Position numbers and translations under genes: made by a program
Part shown: in pieces, positions 25,993-36,885 of the stretch
Numbering within the stretch: the stretch's first letter is position 1
Layout of the letters: every line of letters begins with the position of its first letter
NCBI RefSeq assembly: GCF_009914755.1
Contig: NC_060928.1
DNA: 64,000 nt
Reading direction: 5' to 3' (one strand)
From: the human T2T-CHM13v2.0 reference genome, Homo sapiens
Notes under the pieces: model-generated
What the model was told of the DNA's origin: nothing
The model's input: only the letters and a program-made list of their open reading frames with translations
Databases searched by the model: none

Positions 25993-27357
25993 AAGACTAA
26001 CAGAAGAAATTGTTCTAAAATTTACACACTAAGTACATCACATTTTTCTAATGATCACATTGATAGAGCAACTTAGAATCCATGCTTTCAACAAACCAAC
26101 AGGCTTATATACATATATATATAATTTTATATATATATAATTTTATATATATATAATTTTATATATATAATATATAATATATGGAATAGCCCCATGGGCA
26201 TGGGCAGCCCTGGGCCACAGGGCAGCACTGTACTAGCAGCCTACACCCCACCTTACCTGCCTACCCTGAGCTGACTTGTCTGCTAAATGCTAAATAAACC
26301 TGTCAACCTGTCGGGTTTAACTCAGAAGGGCCTGGATGCAACAAGCCTGAGGGCTGTGACTGGGGTAAGAGAGAGCACAGACGGAGCTCCTCCTCCTTCC
26401 ACCACTGCCCACCAGCTGAAAACCACCAACTGAAGTTTGCTAAGATTCTCAGCCTACACCTTGTTCCCAACAAAACTCATGCAATACTTTGGCCCCCACT
26501 ACAATCTCTTGAATAAAATATTCTACGGATCTGCTTTTTGAGCTGCAAGTTATCTTACTAAATTCCAAGAAGCTCATGTAAGAGAAAACCACCACATAAT
26601 ATAAGATTTTCAATGTGATCATCATTGCTACTTTTAACTAGAAAATATCCAGTAAATGTATTGTGAACTGCTTTGTGACTATGGTGATTTATTTAGTCTT
26701 TCTGATCCTTGGTTTGATTATCTCAAATATATAAGTATCACCAATTTTATAAAGTTGCTCTAAAAATTAAATGAGAGAAAAATAATTCTCCTTCTCCACA
26801 TACTGAACACTTACAAAATTATAGGCATTGTGTCCAGGTTTTTACATACTTACCTGATGGAAGTCTCCTAACAACCCTCTCTTTTAAATTACAAGCATTT
26901 TGCCACGATTTTTACACATGTATGTTATGGAGGCCTCGCAACAATCACATCTTTTATAGGTGAGCAAACTGAGGCTCAGACGAGTTAAAAACACATTCAC
27001 CATCAAATCATAATGAGGGACGGAACTGGGATTCAAATCCAGTTCTCTCTGATGCCAAAAATGGTGCAATTTAACAAGGACCAAGTTACACCCAGAACAT
27101 GGAGGGATCATAACATGTGGATTCCCTTTTCTGCCCCCTCATGTGGGAATTTCAATAGCTTTCACTGCCTCAGAGCAATCCTAAACTCCCTCCCAGGTGC
27201 CTTGCAATGGCCCCCTTATTCGTGGGGGTGATTAGGAATCTGCATTTTTGGACCACGAGCATCCATAAACAGTTGTGTTGATCAAGAAATAAAATTTTCT
27301 AGGCCATAGGTTACTGTGAATTGTCTAGCTTCTCTGCAAAAAATAAAGGGGCTATTC
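25993..27357 (+). repeat. Old direct repeat, copy 1 (interrupted at ~26109-26570)
   Basis: Colinear with 29031-29918; shared blocks include tgagcaaactgaggctcagacgagttaaaaacacatt and gttgtgttgatcaagaaataaaatt. Confidence 0.9.
26105..26182. repeat. AT-rich tandem repeat (tatatatatataatttta)n
   Basis: Read directly from the sequence. Confidence 0.9.
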
Positions 27358-27483
27358 CATGTAAAAAAATCACAGGATCCACTGAATTTGTGCAGAAAAA
27401 CTTAGAACTATACCGCAGGAGGATCTTACTGACAGCTGTGCCTGAAGACCAGCCCAACCACACAAAGCAATAGCACCTCCAAT

Positions 27484-27610
27484 GGCCAGGTGTGGTGGTT
27501 CTTGCCTGTCATCCCAACAGTGTGGGAGGCCAAGGTGGGTGAATCACTTAAGGCCAGGGGTTTGAGACCAGCTTGGGCAACACAGTGAGACCTTGTCCCT
27601 ACAAAAAAAT
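27484..27610 (+). mobile_element. FLAM / free left Alu monomer
   Basis: ggccaggtgtggtgg...gggaggccaaggtggg...gggcaacacagtgagacc...acaaaaaaa. Confidence 0.85.
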
Positions 27611-28071
27611 CATTTTTTATTATTAGAATCAAGAAGAGTACCTCTAACCCCCTGTCATTGCTTTAGGGTAGAGAGCTCTGGTCTAGAACTCAAGATATGA
27701 AATTGTGAATCCCAGTGTAGCTACTTAAGCTTAAATTCAAGAGCTGCCAGACATTTCCTCTACAGCAACGAAATCTGTAGCATCCATTTTGTATTTTGAA
27801 AACTTAGTTTTTGGCCAGCCTCTGGGAACAAAAGGACCCAGAATTGGGCATTTGGGTAGGGAGGGAAAAAGAAACCGGCTGGATGCAAAAGGGGAAGACG
27901 AAGGGGTGGGGACGCCAGGCAGAGCCAGTCCTCATGCTTGGGGCCTGGACCTAGGAAAGGAACTAGGTGAAGAAGGGAGGAGCCCCAGGCTGTGGATGTC
28001 TCTGGGGGAACCTTGGTTCAGCAATGGCCAGAGGAGGTCCTGAGGCCAAGCGGTATCTGTCGCCTCCTTAC

Positions 28072-28445
28072 CTTTGGGTGTCTTCTGGTCGCCAATGTGC
28101 TGCAGGTCATGGCTCCGGAATCAAATTGGGCTCAAACGGGGCAAGCTCCAACACAGTGGAGCCTGGCGCTACTCCCACCTCCACCTTGCGGATCTCAGAG
28201 CTGCAGGATGGCTCTGCCCACCGCACCCTGAGCTGGCCCCGCTTGGGGCTGGCATTGGGGGACAGTGTGTTCTGGGCGTCTCTGCTCCTCTCTGCTGGTG
28301 CCTGTGCCTCTGCTGGCCGCCCACTCATAGATGTCAGAGCCACAGGACGGCCCCGCAGAATCCCTGCGCCGACCCTGCCGGGGGCTGGCTTTGGTGCACA
28401 TGCAACTCGTCATCGTGGTCCCCATGGGGCACCTCTGCTCTTCTC
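28072..28445 (-). pseudogene. Unprocessed CCNYL1-type (Cyclin-Y-like) exon 1 with tandemly duplicated N-terminal segment
   Basis: ATG at 28425 gives MGTTMTSCMCTKASPRQGRRRDSAGPSCGSDIYE, versus recalled CCNYL1 MGNTLTCCVSPNASPKLGRRAGSAELYCASDIYE. A second copy reads NTLSPNASPKRG...AEPSCSSEI, then after a frameshift HDLQHIGDQKTPK (CCNYL1 HHLQHISDREMPE), ending at donor AAAG|GTAAGG (GT at 28071-28070). Confidence 0.85.
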
Positions 28446-28599
28446 GAGGCAGCTTGGGCCTTCGCTTGCCCCCACGTCTGCAGAGCTGAGCACCTGCCAC
28501 CTCTCCCCAGGAAAGGCAACCAAATGCCACCAACTTAAGGCACCCACTGAAGGCACTAACTGAAGGCCACCAACGGAAGGCCGGTTGCCCTGCCAGCCA

Positions 28600-28805
28600 G
28601 ATCGCGTACTGCTTAGGAAGAACCAATCAGGCCTTGAGTTCCCTCCACGTGCTGCCCTTCCATTTGTGATGTGGAAGTCCAGGCACTGGCTCACAAAACC
28701 GCGCCCCCCAGTGATGCCGCCCCACCTTTCATTTATTGGTAGCTGGTAGCAACTTTCAGGTTTCCTCACTGTGAATTATGAATATGAATTATGATTAAAT
28801 TACTG
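28600..28805 (-). promoter_or_regulatory. Candidate promoter of the CCNYL1-like exon
   Basis: CCAAT boxes at ~28623 (aaccaatcag) and ~28736 (attggt), GC box ccgcccc at ~28717, E-box cacgtg at ~28646, DUX4-type motif TGATTAAATTA at 28792-28802. Confidence 0.55.
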
Positions 28806-29030
28806 TATGCTAATGTACCTCATGCACTATCTGACAGTCAAAGTCCCCTCTTCCCCCATGGCCTCTGAGTTTTTTGGAAACTAGAAAGAAGACACATTTC
28901 TGCAGGTGCTTTCAGAAAAAAACATTGCCACGACCTAATGTTACTCTGTGACGTCAAGTCATATTTCATATATCATACATATTCATATTTATATTCATAA
29001 TTCAAAATGCACATATTCAATCAAATTAAC

Positions 29031-29918
29031 AGGACTAACAAAGGAAATTTTCTAAAACTTATACACTAAGTACATTATATTTTTCTAATGATCACTTTAA
29101 TAGAGCAACTTAGAATCTATGGTTTGAACAAATGAAGAGGCTTATGCAAGAGAAAACCACCACCTAACACAAGATTTTCAATGTGATCATCATTGCTACT
29201 TTTCACTAGCAATTGTCCAGTCAATATATTGTGAACTGCTTTGTGACTATGGTGATTTATTTAAACTTACTGATCCTTTATCTCAAAAATATGAATAATA
29301 CCAATTTTATAAACTTGTTCTAAAAATTAAATGAGAGAAAAATAATCCTCCTTCTCTATATATTGAAAACCTACAAAATTAATAACATTGTGTCCAGATT
29401 TTTACACACTTACCTTATTGAAGCCTCATCACAACCCCGTCTATTAAATTATAGGCATTATTCCCAGATTTTTATACACTTACCTTATGCAAGCCTCGTA
29501 ACAATCCCATCTTTTATAGATGAGCAAACTGAGGCTCAGACGAGTTAAAAACACATTGACCATCAAATCATAGTGAGTGATGGAACTGGGATTCAAATCC
29601 AGTTCTCTCTGACACCAAAGGTGGTGCAATGTAATGAAGACCAAGTTATATCCAGCACATGGAGGGACCAAAACATGTGAATTCCCTTTCTCTACCCTCT
29701 TACGTGTGAATTTCAATGGCTTTCACTGCCTCAGAACCATCCCAAACTCCCTCCCAGGTTGCCTTGCAGTGGATCCTTTCTTCTTGGGGATGATTAGGAA
29801 TCCGCATTTTTGGACCACAGGCATCTATAAAGAGTTGTGTTGATCAAGAAATAAAATTGTCTAGGCCATAAGTTACTGTGAATTGTCTAGCTTCTCTGCA
29901 ATAAATAAAGGGGCTATT
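29031..29918 (+). repeat. Old direct repeat, copy 2 (contains a MIR fragment and internal ~70 bp tandem units)
   Basis: Colinear with 25993-26108 plus 26570-27357. Confidence 0.9.
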
Positions 29919-30181
29919 CTCTTTATTTTTTATTATTCCACTATTCACAATAGCCTAGAATCAACCTAAGTGTCCAAGAAGACTCGGTTTAACCCTGGGG
30001 ATTACTAATGTTTTCATTGTGGTCAATGTGGTAGATTATATTACCATTCTCCCATTATCTGGTCTTCCTACTGCAGTGGCCCTATCTCCTAGAAGATTAT
30101 ACATTTCTGTCCTATTGAAGTAAGGGTCAGATTTAGACATGTGACCGGTTTGGCCAGTGAAATGTAGGTAGAAGTGGCATG

Positions 30182-30545
30182 TGTAACTTGTTAGCAGAAA
30201 ATTTCCTTTTTCAAGGATCTGGGAGCCATCCCTTTCAAATGTAATCCTCCAGAAAGATAATACCTTATTTCCCAGTCTCTATGAGAGAGTAAGAGCCTAA
30301 TCTTGCTCCAAGTTGTAAAAATTACCTTATATTATAAAGATAAAAGAAAGTTTATTTTTCCTTTGAGAAAAGACAGTTAGCAAAGACAGGTGGCCTATGA
30401 TCACCCCCTTACTCTCGCTTTCAAAAACTCCACTGCCCTTTGTATCAGGGGAGCTGAGTTCAGACTAGGTTCTGGCCTCTCTCCCCTGTTGAATAATATC
30501 TTCCTTACTTATTTAACTTTTTCCAGTGCAATTTTTTCTTTGACT
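30182..30545 (+). mobile_element. ERV1-class solo LTR (MER34/MER39-like)
   Basis: ggatctgggagccatccctttcaaatgtaat...ggagctgagttcag...ctctctcccc...ttttttctttgac. Confidence 0.55.
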
Positions 30546-33500
30546 CTTTCCTCCCTCTCTGAAACTTGCATTGAAATTTTAGTAGGATACAAGGCAGGCA
30601 ATCTCGACCCTTGAATATATAAAAGAACCCTTTAGGATTAAAAAACCCATGTTCTCTTCCATAAGTTATTTCTTCAGACTATTGCCTTATTAAAAGTTTC
30701 TAGTTCTTATTTTTGCATTGAAAAGGAGAATGATGATTTTTAAATAAGTTCCTACTCACTTTTAATTTCTACTATCACAATTTTATTGCTTTTCATGGCA
30801 ATAGATTTCTCTGGTTCAACAAGAAGGCCAGAACAAGGAAGTACAGAAACATCTCAATATATCTTAAAAAGTTATTTAACATGGACAGTGTCATTTAATA
30901 TCTTTAACATCCCTATCAAATGGATGCTATTATTATCCCCCTTTTACAGGATATTAAAACTTACATACTGTAAATAACCAGCTGAAAGTCATATAGCATG
31001 GAAAATACAATAAGCATACAAAGAAGCAATGGCATTAGAAGTGGAGGAGAGTTAAGGATTAAAAGGCTAAACTTAGTTTGGTTAAGAAAAAAGAAAACTA
31101 GGAGGTGGCAAACTCTTGTTGGAAAGGGGAAGGATTTGGGCAGAGCAAGGTAGTGGAGTCGATCTCTCCAGTAATCTTACCCCTACGGACACATCTATAT
31201 GAACAACTATCCACATATAAAATTACCTTTACAAGAGCTAACGAACCCTGAATACATGAGTCAGTCTATGAAGCCCCTTTGGACTGCAAAGAGTAGAACC
31301 ATGCTTGGACAGTAAGGGAACCAGTACTCTGTGACTGTGATACTCCTCCCCCAGGCCATAATGGTATTATATGCAGAAAGTCCTCCTTACAGTTCTTACA
31401 CTGAATAAAGTGAGCAGAAGTTGAATATTTTTTTCCACCATACTGAGTCCCTTCACAGTAGACTCCTGCATCAGCCCACAAGCAGCACCATGAGTGTCAA
31501 CAGAGCTGAACCGCCCGAGGCATGCTAGGGACATAGAGAAGGGGTTGGGTTAGCAATACTCATTATATGAAACTTAGCAGTGGCTAGCCATTCCTACCAG
31601 AGGAAACACTACACCAGAGAGGTTGTTTATGGGCACCATGCTGTGGGAAACATGATACACAGACTGTCCAGATTTGATAGCCTGACTTGTTCTCCCCCAC
31701 AGCCAGGAGCCTTTCTGTGGATCACCCATGGGCCCATTCAGTTACATTGCATCAGTGGTGAAGCCCCATTGTGAGACTTATGTCTAACCTTTGCTTTGGG
31801 CACCTCCTAATGCTAAAATGGAATATAATGGAAATCCACACCGAATTTCTAAACAAGCCCACTGAGAAACAGTCAAAAACAAACCCAGACTGAGAAGACT
31901 GAAATAAATATTTAATTCATCAATGTGTAGACAGAGATATACATCTACAAAAAATAAGAATAGCCTAGGAAAAACTGCCTCACCAAATGGAGAAAATAAG
32001 GTGTCAGCAACTGAACCTAAAGACATGCAAATGAATGATGTGGCAGACAAAAAAAATTCAAATAGCTGATTTTAAAAAAAAAATCGGTGAACTTCAACAA
32101 AGTACAGAGAAACAATATGGAAATTTATAAGAAATTCAACAAAGAATTTAAAATAATGGGAAAAAATCAAGTGGAAATCCTGGAGTTGGAAAGTTCAGTA
32201 AACAAATTGAAAAATGCACTAGAGGGCATCAAAAGCAGAACTGATCAAGTAGAAGAAAAAAACAGTGAGCTCAAAGACAGGCTCTTTGAAAATACACTGT
32301 CAAGAGTAGAAAAGAGAAAAAAATGAGAAGAAACAAAGAAAACTTATGAGATCCATGGGACACCATCAAAAAAAAAAAATCTACAGTGTTAAAGTGGAAC
32401 TGAGAATGAAAAAGAGTTAGAAAATTATTCAGAGAAATAACAGAAAACTTTTTAAACTTAGAGAAACATTAAGATGTTTAGGATGGCCAAAGCGCACTAA
32501 TCTGATTTAATCTGAATAAGACAACCACAAGATATATTATAATTGAACTTTCAAAGGTCAAAAACAAAGAGTAGGTCCTGAAAGCACTAAGAAAAAGGAA
32601 GCATATAATACATAATGTGCCTGGCAGCAGACTTCTCAGCAGAAGCAATGTGGGCCAGGAGAGAGTAGGATAATAGAATCAAGTGCTGAAGAAAAAAACT
32701 GTCAACCATGAATGTAGTATCCAGAACAGCTCTCATTTGAAATGAAGGAGAGATTAAAACGTTCTAAGACAAACAAAAGATGAAGGAATTCATTGTAACC
32801 ATACCTGCCTTAAAAAAAATGTTAAAGAACCGTCTTCAAAGTGAAAGAAAAGGGCACTAATATGTAATGCAAAAAATTGGAAGGTATAAATCCACAGGTA
32901 AAAATAAATATTCAGACAAATTCAGAATGCTCTAATATAGTAATAATTGAATGTAAACCACTTACATATTTTTAGTAAGAAGGTTAAAATACAAAACAAA
33001 AATAATAACAACTACAATAATTTGTTAAGGGATAAGTGATATAAAAGATGTAAATTCAGACATCAAAAATGCAAAATGTGGGGGAGTGATTGAGTTAAAG
33101 AGCAGAGTGATTGTTTTTCCCCATTTCTTATTATCAAAATTAAGTTGTTATCCATTCAAATTACCTGTTGAAACCATAAAATATTCTTCACATGCCTCAT
33201 AGAAACCAAAAGGCAAAAATATTTAATAGATACACTAAAAATAAAAGAACAAGAAACAAAAACACACAGAAAAAATCACTTAACTACAAAGGAAGACAAT
33301 AAAGGAACAAAAAGGTACAAAAATTCTAAAAGACAACAAGAAAACCACGTACGGCAGTACAAGTCCTTATCTATCAATAATTACCTTGAATGTAAATAGA
33401 TTAAATTATCCAGTAAGAAGACAGAGAATGGGTAAATGGATTAAAAACAAGACCTAACTATATTCTTTCTACAAGAGACTCCCATCACCTTTAAATACAC

Positions 33501-34716
33501 GCATAAATTGAAAGTGATCAGATGGAAAAATATATTTTACGACAATGGAAATCAAAAGAATGCAGGAGTAGGTATATTTATATCAAATAAAATATACTTC
33601 AAGTAAAAAAACTATAAACACAGACAAACAAGGCCATTATGTAATAATAAAGGGGTCAGTACAACAAGAGAATACAATAATTGTAAATACATAATGCACT
33701 CAACATTGGAGAACCTAAATATATAAAGCAAACATTAATAGTTCTAAAAGGAGAGACAAAAAACTGTGCAATAATAGTAAAAAACCTTGACATCCCATTT
33801 TCAGTAATGAACAGATCATTGAGAGAGAATGTCAACAAGGAAACATTTAAACTGCACTCTAGGTCAAAAGAATTTAACAGTTATTTACATAACATTTCAT
33901 CCAACAATTGAATAATTCAGTCTTTTCATCTGCACATGGAATATTGTCCATGATAGATATGTTAGACCACAAAACAAGTCTTAGCTAATCAAAAAATCAA
34001 ATCATATCACATATTTTTTCTGACCATATGGAATAAAGCTAGAAATAAACAATAAGAGAAACTTCAGAAATTGTGCAAATACATATAAATTAAACAATAT
34101 ATCCCTAAACAACCAACGGGTCAATGAAAAAAAAAATTTTTTTAAATGTCTTAAGACAAATAAAAATGAAATCAGAACATATGAAAACTTATGAGATACA
34201 GCAAAACAGTCCTTAGAGGGAAGTTTATAGCAATACATTTCTACATCAATAAAGAAGAAAGATAATGAATAAACCCTCTAATTATGTATTTCAAGGAACT
34301 ATAAAATCAAGAACAAACTAAGACCCAAATTAGCAAAAGAATATAAAGATCAGAGCACAAATATACAAAATGAAGACAAAAAATACAAATGATTAATTAA
34401 AGAATCTTTTTTGAAAAGGTAAAATTGACAAACGTTTTGTCAGACTAAGAAAAAAAGAGAAAATTCACATAAAGTCAGAAATGAAAAAGGATATGCTATG
34501 ATGGACACTACAGAAATACAAGGAATCATGAGTAAGTACTACAAACAATTATACACCAATAAATTGAAAAACTTAGAAGAAATACATATGCTCTGGACAC
34601 ATATAACCTATCAAAATTGAAGATAGAAGAAATGGAAAATGTGAACACACCAATGACAAATAATGAGATTGAAGGAGTGATTTAGTCTGTCAGTCAAGGA
34701 AAATCCAAAAGACTTC

Positions 34717-34992
34717 ACACAGTAGCTCCCACCTGTAATCTCACATTTTAGGATCCCAAGGCAGGAGAATCACTAGAGGCCAGGAGTTCAAGATTAGCCT
34801 GGGCAACACAACGGGACTCCATCTCTAAAAATAAAAATAAAAATTCCCCAGGTATAGTGGTGTGTACTTATACTCAGGAGGCTGAGGCAGGAGGATCACT
34901 TAAGACCAGGAGTTTGAGGCTGCAGTCAGCTACGACTGCACCACTGTATGCCAGCCTCAGTGATAGAGTGAGACTCTGTCTCTAAAAAAATA
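34717..34992 (+). mobile_element. AluJ inside L1 ORF2
   Basis: cacctgtaatctcaca...ggccaggagttcaag...gaggctgaggcaggaggatcactt...gagtgagactctgtctctaaaaaaa. Confidence 0.88.
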
Positions 34993-36885
34993 GAAGAAGA
35001 AAGAAAAGTTCATGACTTGATGGTTTTCACTGACAAATTCTACAAAATATTTTAAAAACTTATACAGATTATTTACAAACTATTTCAAAAAAATGAAAAG
35101 GAGGGAACTCTTGCAAACTCATTCTATGAAGACAGCATTACCTGAATCCAAAATGAGACAAGAACAGCAAATAAAAGAAAACTCCAGGCCAATATCATTG
35201 ATAAACATACATGCAAACATTCAAAACCAGCAGTGCTAGCAATGATAATTCAAAAGCACATTAAAAAGATTATTCACCATAATCAAGTGGTATTTACCCG
35301 GGGAGGTAAGGATGGTCTAACACATGTAAATCAATAACTGTGATACATCACATTAAACAATGAAGGATAAAAAACATATAATCATTTCAATAGATGCAGA
35401 AAAAGCATATGACAAAATTAGACATCCTTTTATGATCAAATCTTTTGACAAATTAGTTATAAAAGAACATAATAAAATAAAGACCATATGTGATAACCCA
35501 CAGGCAACATTATACTGAATGGTGAAAAGTTGAAAGCTTTGCCTCTAGGATCTGGAACAAGACAAGGATGTTCACTTTAATCACTTTTTTCAACATAGTA
35601 CTGGAAGTCCTAGTCAGAACAATTAGGTAAGAGAAAGAAATAAAAGGCATCCAAATTGGAAAAAAAAGTCTAATTGTCCCTCTTTGCAGATGACATGATC
35701 ATATATGTAAAAAACCCTAAATACCCCACTGAGAATCAGAAATAGTAAATGAATACAATAAGGTTTCAAGATACAAAAGCAACATAAAAAATCAGTAACA
35801 TCTCTATTCACCAATAGCAGACTATCTGAAAAAGGAATCAAGAAAGTAATCCCATTTAAAATAGCTATTAAAAAAAACAAAATACCTACAAGCAAATTAA
35901 GCCACGGAAAGATGAAAATTATTAAACATTGATAAAAGCAATTGAAAAAAATTAAAATAAATAGAAAGATACCCCATATTCATGGACTAGAAGAATTAAT
36001 ATTGTTGAAATGACCACACTACTCAAATCAATCTATAGATCCAATATAATCTCTATCAAATTTCCAATTTCATTCTTCACAGATATTAAAAAAGATCTTA
36101 AAATCCATGTGAAACTACAAAACACCCCAAATAGCCAAATAAATCTTAAGCAAAAAGAGCAATGCTAGAGGTATTACACTATCTAATTTCAAAATGTATT
36201 GCAAAGCTATCCTAACTAAAACGCATGGTATTGGCATAAAAACAGGGACACAGACCAGTGGAACAAAAATAGAGAGCCCAGGCATAAATCCACACGTTTA
36301 CATGCAACTTATTTTTGACAAAGATGCAAACATTCAATGGGGAAAAGACAGTATTTTCAACAAATGGTGCTGGGAAAAGTGGATATCCCCATACAAAAGA
36401 ATGAAAGTAGACCCCTATCTCTCATCATATCCAAAAACCAACTCAAAATAAATTAAATATTTAAATGTAAGACCCCAAACTATGAAACTAGTAGAAGAAA
36501 ACATAGGTGAAATGTTATATGTCATTGGTCTGGGCAAGGACTTTTTAGAAAAGACATCGAAAGACATGCACAACAAAAGCAAAAATAAACAAATGGGATT
36601 ACACCAAATAAAAACTTCTGCACTGCATAGGAAACAATCACAAGAGTAAGCAGACAACCTACAAAATGGGAGAAAATATCTGCAAACTATTCACTTGATA
36701 AGGGGTTAATATCCCAAATTTATAGAAAACTCAAACAACTCAATAGCAAAAATACAAATAATTGGATTAGAAAATAGTCAAGAGAGCTGAATAGACATTT
36801 CTCCAAATAAGACATAAAAATCACCAACAGGTATATGAAAAAAATGCTCACCATCACTAATAATCAGAGAAATGCAAGTCAAACC

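Noticed and set aside
27967-28563. 198 aa and 154 aa plus-strand ORFs
   Set aside because: Antisense shadows of the GC-rich CCNYL1-like exon
33087-33097. DUX4-type motif TGATTGAGTTA
   Set aside because: Lies in the inter-ORF region of an old L1 with no promoter context; consistent with chance
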